DNA of 32,448 nt from a virus. Taxonomy: Duplodnaviria > Caudoviricetes. Position numbers and translations under genes: made by a program. Below, in pieces: positions 24,663 through 31,868 of this stretch. Every line of letters begins with the position of its first letter. Positions within the stretch are counted from its first letter, which is position 1. The notes under the pieces were generated by a model, which saw nothing but the letters and a program-made list of their open reading frames with translations, had not been told where the DNA came from and did no database searches. The stretch lies in IMG/VR virus record IMGVR_UViG_3300046779_000163, positions 1 to 32,448 of that record. One strand, given 5' to 3'.

Positions 24663-25286
24663 ATGCAAGAATTACAACAAGTCAAGCCGACTTACGAACT
24701 TATCAACAAAGATAGTCTTTTGAGCCTTTCAAATGAGTTGGCAAGTCTTATCAAAGAGAAAAAACTAAGTACTAACATTCAAGGTAAACAATTTGTAAAT
24801 GTTGAAGGCTGGGGTTACGCTGGTGCAGCAATTGGATTAATTCCAATTATTACCGAAGTAAAAGACCTAAGCAAAGAAAACGAAACAAAATACTGGGCAA
24901 CTTGCGAGGTTAGAAATATCGCAACTGGACAAGTAGTATCAATTGGACACGCTATTTGTTCCAACAAAGAAAGAACTAAAAGAACCTTTGACGAGTATGC
25001 TATTTGCTCAATGGCTCAAACAAGAGCCGAAGGAAAGGCTTATAGACTTTTATTAGGTTGGCTTATGAAAGCTGCAGGATTTGAAGCAACTCCAGCTGAA
25101 GAAATGGACTTTAGCAAAGAACAAGCACCTTATGTAAAGAAGCACGAAACTCAAGAGAATTTAGTAGTAGCAATTGATTTTTGCGAAAGTTTGACGGAAT
25201 TAAAGCAACTTTACGAACTAAATATTACTATGATTCAAGAGAACGGATTAAACGAATTATTTACTAACGCTAAAAAGAACTTATAA
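24663..25286 (+). CDS. Putative single-strand annealing / recombination protein
   Basis: IQGKQFVNVEGW...SMAQTRAEGKAYR...TPAEEM; layout resembles Rad52/ERF-like proteins; replication-module context. Confidence 0.5.
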   Translation: MQELQQVKPTYELINKDSLLSLSNELASLIKEKKLSTNIQGKQFVNVEGWGYAGAAIGLIPIITEVKDLSKENETKYWATCEVRNIATGQVVSIGHAICSNKERTKRTFDEYAICSMAQTRAEGKAYRLLLGWLMKAAGFEATPAEEMDFSKEQAPYVKKHETQENLVVAIDFCESLTELKQLYELNITMIQENGLNELFTNAKKNL

Positions 25287-25510
25287 TGAAAACAGCAATG
25301 CAAATAGCAGTAGAAAGTTATAAAAATGACGGAGTATCTTTCACTGATTGGTTTTTGGATAATTATGAAATGCTACTTGAAAAAGAAAAACAAGAAATAA
25401 TTCACGCTTTTAATTGTGGAGAAAGTTTTAGTGTTGATTATTTTAATGCAGAAACACCAGAAGTGGCACCATCAGTTAATTATTACATACAATCTTACAA
25501 AAACAAATAA
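25286..25510 (+). CDS. Hypothetical protein, MKTAMQ family copy 1
   Basis: Shares MKTAMQ, LLEKEK and a ...NK end with 28297..28500. Confidence 0.7.
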   Translation: MKTAMQIAVESYKNDGVSFTDWFLDNYEMLLEKEKQEIIHAFNCGESFSVDYFNAETPEVAPSVNYYIQSYKNK

Positions 25511-25513
25511 CCT

Positions 25514-25759
25514 ATGAGCAAAGAAGTACAACTTGAAAACTTACGAGACAATGTAAGATACTGGGAATACCGATTTAACAATTGTAGTCCACATCAAGCA
25601 CGAGCAATGCAACAAATGGTAATTAAAGCTAAAGAGCAAGTAAAAGAATACAAGAAAAAGTATTTCCCATCTTTATTAGTGCCACCAAATTACTTTAAGT
25701 CAGAGCCTTATGTAAGGATGTCGGATTGGACTGAAAATCTAGAAGAATATTCAAATTAA
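25514..25759 (+). CDS. Hypothetical protein
   Basis: ORF following the junction motif AAACAAATAACCTATG. Confidence 0.7.
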   Translation: MSKEVQLENLRDNVRYWEYRFNNCSPHQARAMQQMVIKAKEQVKEYKKKYFPSLLVPPNYFKSEPYVRMSDWTENLEEYSN

Positions 25760-25763
25760 TATT

Positions 25764-25832
25764 ATGAAATGGATTTGCTTAATTATAATTTTATTGTGTA
25801 TTATGGATGCAATTAATAATATAAAAAAATAA
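25764..25832 (+). CDS. Hydrophobic microprotein, 22 aa (not in the ORF track)
   Basis: MKWICLIIILLCIMDAINNIKK; fills the gap. Confidence 0.4.
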   Translation: MKWICLIIILLCIMDAINNIKK

Positions 25833-25835
25833 ACT

Positions 25836-26024
25836 ATGCCTTATTCAACTTGCTGCGGAGCTTACACCGACATGGGAGAAATTGATATTTGCCCAGAATG
25901 TTTAGAACATTGCGATTTTGAAATAGAAGATGAAGAAGAAGAAGAAGAACTTTTAGAAGACCAAAAGACGGAAGACCAAATAAATGAATGGAAATGGGTA
26001 TTTAATAGTAAAATTAAGAGATAA
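25836..26024 (+). CDS. Small Cys-rich (zinc-binding) acidic protein
   Basis: STCCGA...ICPECLEHC followed by a poly-Glu tract. Confidence 0.7.
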   Translation: MPYSTCCGAYTDMGEIDICPECLEHCDFEIEDEEEEEELLEDQKTEDQINEWKWVFNSKIKR

Positions 26025-26349
26025 TAATAAATCAAAAAATTACAAAGTACATAGAATTGTTGCCAATGTATATTTAGATAATCCAAGTAATTTACCACAA
26101 GTAAATCATAAAGATGGATTTAAATTAAATAATCATTTTGTCAATTTAGAATGGGTTTCTGGTTCTGATAATATGAAACACGCTTATAATAATGGTCTAA
26201 TGAAAAAAAATAGGCAAAAATGTGTTTTAGATAGTCAAACTGGGATTTTCTATGATTCAATAAAAGAAGCATCAATAGCTAAAAATATTAATCACAATAC
26301 AATGAGAGGATTAATATTAAACAACAAAACATCAATTATTCATATTTAA
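25984..26349 (+). CDS. HNH homing-endonuclease-like protein (N-terminally short) with a NUMOD1-like tail
   Basis: VHRIVA...NLPQVNHKDGFKLNN...NLEWVS..NMKHA; YDSIKEAS. Confidence 0.88.
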   Translation: MNGNGYLIVKLRDNNKSKNYKVHRIVANVYLDNPSNLPQVNHKDGFKLNNHFVNLEWVSGSDNMKHAYNNGLMKKNRQKCVLDSQTGIFYDSIKEASIAKNINHNTMRGLILNNKTSIIHI

Positions 26350-26359
26350 AAATTAAAAC

Positions 26360-26641
26360 ATGAAAGTATTAAATGTATGTATGGAAGACATTAAATGGAA
26401 ACCAGTACAAACTAAATCTGGAGTAAAACATTACGCAAATATTGCCGTTGATTACCTAAGAGAGCCAGACGATAAAGGTAACAATCTAACAGTCTGGAAT
26501 AATCAAACGCAAGAGCAAAGAGCGGAGAAAGCTAAAAAGGAATATTGCGGTCGTGGTAAAGAGTACAAGTTTGACGCTAAAAAAGAGTATGCAAATACTA
26601 ATAAGCAGGAAATGGAAGATCAAGATAATATGCCATTTTAA
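26360..26641 (+). CDS. Putative single-stranded DNA-binding protein
   Basis: Small beta-rich protein with an acidic tail ending EDQDNMPF, like an SSB C-terminus. Confidence 0.55.
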   Translation: MKVLNVCMEDIKWKPVQTKSGVKHYANIAVDYLREPDDKGNNLTVWNNQTQEQRAEKAKKEYCGRGKEYKFDAKKEYANTNKQEMEDQDNMPF

Positions 26642-26664
26642 ACATTAACAAAACTTTAACAATT

Positions 26665-26859
26665 ATGAAAACTCAAAAAGAACAAATCAAAAAACACTTA
26701 TTAAGCAGAAAATCAATTACTCCTATTCAAGCATTAAATAAATTTGGTTGCCTTAGACTTGCAGCGGTTATTTATAAGCTAAAGAACGAAGGATTAAAAA
26801 TTATGACTGAAATTGAGTACAATAAGAAGAAACAATTTGCTAAATATAGGTTAGTATAG
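26665..26859 (+). CDS. Winged helix-turn-helix protein
   Basis: QIKKHL....SITPIQALNKFGCLRLAAVIYKLKNEG...YRL. Confidence 0.8.
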   Translation: MKTQKEQIKKHLLSRKSITPIQALNKFGCLRLAAVIYKLKNEGLKIMTEIEYNKKKQFAKYRLV

Positions 26860-26958
26860 TATATTTGTAAAAGGTGTCGGATACCTATTATAAACTTATT
26901 GGCTCAAAGCTGAAGCACCAATCCGACTGGTGTGGAAGCCGAGAGCCTTTTTTATTTT
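26860..26958 (+). promoter_or_regulatory. Promoter box TATATTTG plus structured 5' leader of the replication gene
   Basis: Two hairpins with complementary segments GTCGGAT(26876-82)/ATCCGAC(26921-27); T-run just before the ATG. Confidence 0.6.
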
Positions 26959-27696
26959 ATGGCGAAAAGATTTACAGATACAGAGAAATGGAAAAAACCT
27001 TTTATAAGGTCCTTGAAAGCCCCTTACAAGCTGCTATGGTTATATATTTGCGATGACTGCGACCATTCTGGAATATGGCAAGTTGATTTAGATGTAGCAG
27101 AAATTAGAATTGGAGAAAAATTAAACGAGCAAAAAGCTATTGAATATTTTGCGGAAAAAATAATTTTACTTGATAATGGATCAAAATGGTTTATACCCAG
27201 TTTTGTAGAATTTCAATACCCAAGCGGATTAAGCGAAAATAATAAGGCTCACGCTGGAATTATTAAAAATTTGGATAAGTATAAATACCAAATAGAGAAC
27301 TTTAAGCCCCTTACAAGCCCCTTGCAAGGGGACAAGGATATGGATATGGATAAGGTAATGGATATGGTTAAGGTTAAGGAAAAGGTTATAGTGGAAATTC
27401 TTGATCCAAAATTTGAAGAATGGTGGTTATGGTACGATTATAAAGTTTCTAAAGAAAAGGCAAAAAAGTCTTGGAATAAGCTAAATGAAAATGAAAAAGA
27501 TTTAGCTTTACAATCCGTTCAAGCCTATGTACAATCTACCCCAGATAAAACATATAGAAAACATCCAACAACATATCTAAACCAAAAATGCTTTAACGAT
27601 GAAATCATCAACAGAAATACAACAAGTCAATCAAGGGTTAGCCCAAAAATTACCATTGAACAGTTACACGAAGCACATTCTAAATTCTTTAGCTAA
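26959..27696 (+). CDS. Replication initiator / replisome organizer-like protein
   Basis: MAKRFTDTEKW...KLLWLYICDDCDHSGIW N-domain, low-complexity linker, FEEWW..Y..KVSKEKAKKSW...HPTTYLNQ C-domain; ATG 26959. Confidence 0.75.
   Translation: MAKRFTDTEKWKKPFIRSLKAPYKLLWLYICDDCDHSGIWQVDLDVAEIRIGEKLNEQKAIEYFAEKIILLDNGSKWFIPSFVEFQYPSGLSENNKAHAGIIKNLDKYKYQIENFKPLTSPLQGDKDMDMDKVMDMVKVKEKVIVEILDPKFEEWWLWYDYKVSKEKAKKSWNKLNENEKDLALQSVQAYVQSTPDKTYRKHPTTYLNQKCFNDEIINRNTTSQSRVSPKITIEQLHEAHSKFFS
27304..27389. repeat. Iteron-like repeats, palindrome and hexamer run (putative origin) inside the initiator gene
   Basis: AAGCCCCTT(A/G)CAAG twice, palindrome CCCCTTGCAAGGGG 27318-31, then nine GGWWAW hexamers. 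Confidence 0.55.
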
Positions 27697-28222
27697 AAAT
27701 GATAGAGGTGCAGTTTTTAATGAACTTTGCAGGTTTAAAGACAAAGGCGAAGTTTTGCCAGTAAAAGTAATTCAGTTAGTTCCAGTAAGCGAAAGGCTAC
27801 CAGCTTTAACTAAGATTTATGGAAATGAAAAAATATCTGGTATACTATCAATAGCAATAACTAAGGCTTTAAATAACTTCAATTTGAGGGTTGGAATGAA
27901 TGCAGAGCAAATTATGCAATTGTCTTATTCAATCATTGAAGAGGCTGAAGCGGACCAATTGGCTATTCAAGATGTTCTTTTGTTTTTAGACGGAATGGTT
28001 AAATACAAATACGGCAAAGTTTATGATAGAATGGATATGCCTACATTCTTTGAAATGTTTGAGGTATATCGTCAACAAAGACATGACGAGTTTGTTAATT
28101 TTATGGAAGAACAACACGCTCAAAACAAATCATACGGAGATAGCAACCGAATGTCAACCGATACGGACAAAGAAGCTAATCGTAATGCTATGAATGAATA
28201 TTTAAAAACAATATCAAAATAA
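27599..28222 (+). CDS. Hypothetical replication-associated protein
   Basis: Directly follows and overlaps the initiator; KYGKVYDRMD motif. Confidence 0.6.
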   Translation: MKSSTEIQQVNQGLAQKLPLNSYTKHILNSLAKNDRGAVFNELCRFKDKGEVLPVKVIQLVPVSERLPALTKIYGNEKISGILSIAITKALNNFNLRVGMNAEQIMQLSYSIIEEAEADQLAIQDVLLFLDGMVKYKYGKVYDRMDMPTFFEMFEVYRQQRHDEFVNFMEEQHAQNKSYGDSNRMSTDTDKEANRNAMNEYLKTISK

Positions 28223-28296
28223 TTGCCCCCAAATTTTTAATCATTAACAGAGTGGTGTTTGTTATGTCTAAAATGGGGGCATTAAAACTTTAAACT

Positions 28297-28500
28297 ATGA
28301 AAACAGCAATGCAAGAATTAATTGACTATTTAGATAGTATATGGTCAAACGGAGGATGGGAAGAAACTATTAAAGAAAAAGCAAAAGATTTACTTGAAAA
28401 AGAAAAAGAGCAGATGTTTAATTTGATTCGTTTTATGCGTACTAATGATAAAATGGGTAAAAGCACAGAAGATTTATATAATGAATTTTATAATAAATAA
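28297..28500 (+). CDS. Hypothetical protein, MKTAMQ family copy 2
   Basis: Paralogous motifs with 25286..25510. Confidence 0.7.
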   Translation: MKTAMQELIDYLDSIWSNGGWEETIKEKAKDLLEKEKEQMFNLIRFMRTNDKMGKSTEDLYNEFYNK

Positions 28501-28504
28501 AAAT

Positions 28505-28714
28505 ATGAATCAATTTATAATAGTTTTAACAATAACAATTTATGTATTTATTGGAATATTTATTGGTGCTTTGACAACTGAAAAAGATGATTATGATAGA
28601 GATGATATAATTACAATAAGCGTAATAATTTGGCCTTTTGTTATTATAGCAGTATTATTTATTGGTTTTTATAATTTAGTTATCAAATTAGCAGATTTTT
28701 TAAAAAACAAATAA
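28505..28714 (+). CDS. Two-TM membrane protein
   Basis: ATG 28505; two hydrophobic helices, IWPF motif. Confidence 0.7.
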   Translation: MNQFIIVLTITIYVFIGIFIGALTTEKDDYDRDDIITISVIIWPFVIIAVLFIGFYNLVIKLADFLKNK

Positions 28715-28716
28715 CT

Positions 28717-28920
28717 ATGAACAATTTAAAAAATGGAAAAACAATTGAAATGTTGTTAAACATTGGCAAAGAAGGAACTGAAAAATATTTAACTAAAGGG
28801 ACACAAATAAAAGTAACCGAAGTTGAACATTCTGAATTATTTAATTCAATTTTTATTACATTAGAAAATGGACATTTTTATATGATGACAGAAAATTTAG
28901 ATTATAAAATTTTGAATTAA
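28717..28920 (+). CDS. Hypothetical protein (cassette-like)
   Basis: Bounded by AAACAAATAACTATGA junction repeats. Confidence 0.7.
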   Translation: MNNLKNGKTIEMLLNIGKEGTEKYLTKGTQIKVTEVEHSELFNSIFITLENGHFYMMTENLDYKILN

Positions 28921-29226
28921 CCAAAACAAATAACTATGAATGAATATAGAATTATTGAAGGAGTATATAAAAATGAATACGGCAAAAAAGAACGCATAGC
29001 GTATTACATAAAAGAAAAAAAGAAGTTTCTAGGAATAAACTATTGGAGTTTTGTAAAGCATCTACAATGTGGATATGGCGATTGCTACTATACTAAAACT
29101 GAATTTGATTCACACCACGACGCATATCAATTTGTAAAAAACCACTTATGTGGCAAAGATTTTCAGGAAGGATGGAGTTATAAAGTAATAAACGAATTTA
29201 GTTGTAACCAAAACAAATAACTATGA
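28918..29226 (+). repeat. 22-bp perfect direct repeats TAACCAAAACAAATAACTATGA (28918-39 and 29205-26)
   Basis: Read directly from the sequence; they flank exactly one gene. Confidence 0.9.
28936..29220 (+). CDS. Hypothetical protein (cassette-like)
   Basis: Lies between the 22-bp repeats; its C-terminal NQNK is encoded by the repeat. Confidence 0.75.
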   Translation: MNEYRIIEGVYKNEYGKKERIAYYIKEKKKFLGINYWSFVKHLQCGYGDCYYTKTEFDSHHDAYQFVKNHLCGKDFQEGWSYKVINEFSCNQNK

Positions 29227-29423
29227 CAAGTTATCAAAAACTTAAAAAACAAATAGAGCGATTAAAAGAGCATAAATTAACATTGAAACAAGGTTTGGTA
29301 AGTGTATGTCTTAACCCAAATTCTACAGTAAGTATTAGTATTATAAATCATCACAAGAATAAATATAAAAGTGTTGACGAAGTATCTGAAAAATATCAAA
29401 ATAATAACTATGAAATACATTAA
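29223..29423 (+). CDS. Hypothetical protein
   Basis: Starts within the 22-bp repeat. Confidence 0.6.
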   Translation: MTSYQKLKKQIERLKEHKLTLKQGLVSVCLNPNSTVSISIINHHKNKYKSVDEVSEKYQNNNYEIH

Positions 29424-29508
29424 ATTTTTCTTTATTAGCGTTCCGTTGGCTTTTATACTAATAACAACGGCAAATATTTACTTTGAATTAAAAAGATGGA
29501 TAAAATGA
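29410..29508 (+). CDS. Single-TM microprotein, 32 aa (not in the ORF track)
   Basis: MKYIKFFFISVPLAFILITTANIYFELKRWIK; AATAACTATGA start context. Confidence 0.6.
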   Translation: MKYIKFFFISVPLAFILITTANIYFELKRWIK

Positions 29509-29711
29509 TAGTGAGTGGTGCGGAAAATGCAAGACCAATAAAAATGATAGACATAGAAACAAAAGAAGTAACCATATTTAAAAGCATAGCCTACGCAGTA
29601 AGAACGACTAAAGTTCCAGAATACTCAATTAGGCAAGGTTTAAGTCCTTTAGCTAAAAAGCGATTTGAGGTAAATGGTAGAACTGTTGTTTTTCGCATAC
29701 ATAAACCCTAA
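29496..29711 (+). CDS. Stand-alone NUMOD1-like DNA-binding protein
   Basis: RPIKMIDIETKEVTIFKSIAYAVR...SIRQGL. Confidence 0.55.
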   Translation: MDKMIVSGAENARPIKMIDIETKEVTIFKSIAYAVRTTKVPEYSIRQGLSPLAKKRFEVNGRTVVFRIHKP

Positions 29712-29716
29712 CTTTG
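29709..29716 (+). promoter_or_regulatory. -7 promoter box TAACTTTG, 4 nt before the ATG
   Basis: TAACTTTG-cctt-ATG(29721). Confidence 0.6.
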
Positions 29717-29720
29717 CCTT

Positions 29721-30089
29721 ATGGCATTAACTCCATTACCAAAACTATTAGAAAAGACACAAAAGGTTGTAAACGCTTATGTTCGTAAAAGAGACGAAGG
29801 TTTGCCTTGTATATCTTGCGGAAGTCCTAACGCAAATCAAGCTGGGCATTACTTCCCTCAAAAAGGTTTTTCAGCTTTAAGATTTAATGAGTGGAATATA
29901 AACCTTCAATGTGCGGCTTGTAATTGTTACAAACACGGCAACCAAGCTATGTACAGAATTGGTTTAGTAAATAAGATAGGCGAAGAGGCAGTAAGAGGAT
30001 TAGAAACTATTGCGACTAATTTAAAAGTTTATAAATGGTCCAGAGAAGAGTTAAATAATATAATCAAGACATATGGCGAAGGTAAATAG
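29721..30089 (+). CDS. ninG: NinG/Rap-family recombination endonuclease
   Basis: YVRKRDEGLPCISCG..AGHY....LRFNEWNINLQCAACN..KHGN. Confidence 0.9.
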   Translation: MALTPLPKLLEKTQKVVNAYVRKRDEGLPCISCGSPNANQAGHYFPQKGFSALRFNEWNINLQCAACNCYKHGNQAMYRIGLVNKIGEEAVRGLETIATNLKVYKWSREELNNIIKTYGEGK

Positions 30090-30192
30090 CAGTAATAAAG
30101 TAACATTTGGTAAACGCAAATGCGGTAAGTATAAAAAGACATCTGGTCCTAAGGATAAACCAGTTAAACCTTATCGTAAACAAGGCAGATAG
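30073..30192 (+). CDS. Small basic protein, 39 aa (not in the ORF track)
   Basis: MAKVNSSNKVTFGKRKCGKYKKTSGPKDKPVKPYRKQGR; stop lies 1 nt before the next ATG. Confidence 0.65.
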   Translation: MAKVNSSNKVTFGKRKCGKYKKTSGPKDKPVKPYRKQGR

Positions 30193-30193
30193 T

Positions 30194-30388
30194 ATGAAAG
30201 ACACATTCGCAAAAAGAGAATACAAATGCAAGTGCGGTAGAATAACCGAAGACTATGTATGGCAGTCTTTGTTGGAGTTTCATAAAGTAGCTTGTTTTAA
30301 GTGTGGAAAGGAACTAAGCATTGAAAGCCTAAAAGTCAAAGAAAAAACACAATTGCCATCTATTAGAACTGACACAAAAAACCGATAA
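30194..30388 (+). CDS. Zinc-ribbon protein
   Basis: EYKCKCG...ACFKCG; ATG 30194. Confidence 0.7.
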   Translation: MKDTFAKREYKCKCGRITEDYVWQSLLEFHKVACFKCGKELSIESLKVKEKTQLPSIRTDTKNR

Positions 30389-30389
30389 T

Positions 30390-30587
30390 ATGCGATATTT
30401 AATTAACAAAAGTAAAAATGAAGCTAAGGATGATTTTAGAAATTCAACAGTTTTTGCATTATTACCTAAAAAATGCTTTGATGTAGAAAGTAGATTAGAA
30501 TTTATAGTTTGGCTTGAAACAGTAAAAGTTACATACAGATATGATTGGAATATTAAAAAATGGATAATTGACCATTATTATTTATAA
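30390..30587 (+). CDS. Hypothetical protein
   Basis: Coupled ORF; FALLPKK...VWLETV. Confidence 0.65.
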   Translation: MRYLINKSKNEAKDDFRNSTVFALLPKKCFDVESRLEFIVWLETVKVTYRYDWNIKKWIIDHYYL

Positions 30588-30596
30588 AATGAATCT

Positions 30597-31844
30597 ATGA
30601 AAATAACAGACATTAAACCTAATCCAGAAAACCCAAGAATAATAAAAGACCATAAGTTTAAGCAACTTGTTGAGTCTATTAAGTCCTTCCCCCAAATGCT
30701 GGAACTTAGACCTATCGTAATTGACGAGAATAACATTGTATTGGGAGGTAATATGCGTTTAAAGGCTTGTACGGAAGCAGGACTTACAGATGTGCCAGTT
30801 ATTTACGCAAAAGATTTAACTGAAGAGCAAAAGAAAGAATTTATCATTAAGGATAATGTAGGCTATGGCGAATGGGATTGGGATGCATTAGCAAATCAAT
30901 GGGATTTAGAATTATTGAATGAATGGGGTCTCGATTTGCCAGATTTAGATATTCCAGATTCATTTATTGAAGCTAAAGAAGATGACTACGAAATACCAGA
31001 TACAATAAATACAGATATTGTTGAGGGAGATTTATTTGAAATTGGAGAACATAAACTTTTATGCGGTAGCTCAACTCAAACAGATACATGGGCTAAACTT
31101 TTTAATGAAGAATTAGCAGATATGGTAATGACAGACCCACCATATAATGTAAATTATGAAGGTGGAACTGGTTTAAAGATTATGAATGACGAAATGAGCA
31201 ATGATTCATTTTATCAATTTTTATATGATTTTTATACCGCTTTAGGTTCTTATACAAAAGCTGGAGGAGCTTGGTATGTTTGGCACGCTGATAGCGAGGG
31301 AGCAAATTTTAGACAAGCATTTAAAGATTCTGGATTATTACTAAAACAATGTTTGATTTGGGTAAAAAATGCTTTAGTTATGGGTAGGCAAGATTATCAT
31401 TGGAAACACGAGCCATGTTTATATGGTTGGAAAGAAGGTGCAGCTCATTATTTTACAGAAGACAGAACAAAAACTACTGTAATAGAAGACGAGGTAGATT
31501 ACAAGAAATTATCAAAAAAGGAATTGTTAGATTTAGTAAAAGAAATAACTTCAGATAAACAAAAGACAACAATTATACATTGTGATAAACCATCTAAAAA
31601 TGATGTCCATCCAACAATGAAACCAATAAAATTATTAGCACCATTAATTGAAAATTCATCAAAAGTAGGTCAATTAGTAGCAGATGGATTTCTTGGTTCT
31701 GGTTCAACTATGGTGGCGGCACATCAATTAAAGAGAAAGTGTTATGGCACAGAACTTGACCCCAAATACTGCCAAGTTATAATTGACAGAATGAGAAAAC
31801 TTGACCCAACATTGATTATCAAGAAGAACGGAGTACCTTTGTAA
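30597..31844 (+). CDS. ParB-N domain fused to an N6A/N4C DNA methyltransferase (beta class)
   Basis: KPNPENPR...RPIVID...GNMRLKA; TDPPYN, HPTMKP, DGFLGSGST. Confidence 0.92.
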   Translation: MKITDIKPNPENPRIIKDHKFKQLVESIKSFPQMLELRPIVIDENNIVLGGNMRLKACTEAGLTDVPVIYAKDLTEEQKKEFIIKDNVGYGEWDWDALANQWDLELLNEWGLDLPDLDIPDSFIEAKEDDYEIPDTINTDIVEGDLFEIGEHKLLCGSSTQTDTWAKLFNEELADMVMTDPPYNVNYEGGTGLKIMNDEMSNDSFYQFLYDFYTALGSYTKAGGAWYVWHADSEGANFRQAFKDSGLLLKQCLIWVKNALVMGRQDYHWKHEPCLYGWKEGAAHYFTEDRTKTTVIEDEVDYKKLSKKELLDLVKEITSDKQKTTIIHCDKPSKNDVHPTMKPIKLLAPLIENSSKVGQLVADGFLGSGSTMVAAHQLKRKCYGTELDPKYCQVIIDRMRKLDPTLIIKKNGVPL

Positions 31845-31868
31845 TTGATTAGAAATTGATTAGAGAAA

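Noticed and set aside
26874-27056. 60-aa ORF over the initiator leader
   Set aside because: It has a GTG start, overlaps the structured leader and the initiator out of frame, and shows no motif. A leader-peptide role cannot be ruled out.
28705-29413. CRISPR array or integron attC sites
   Set aside because: The spacers are whole genes of variable length, the repeats are non-palindromic, and no cas or integrase gene is present.
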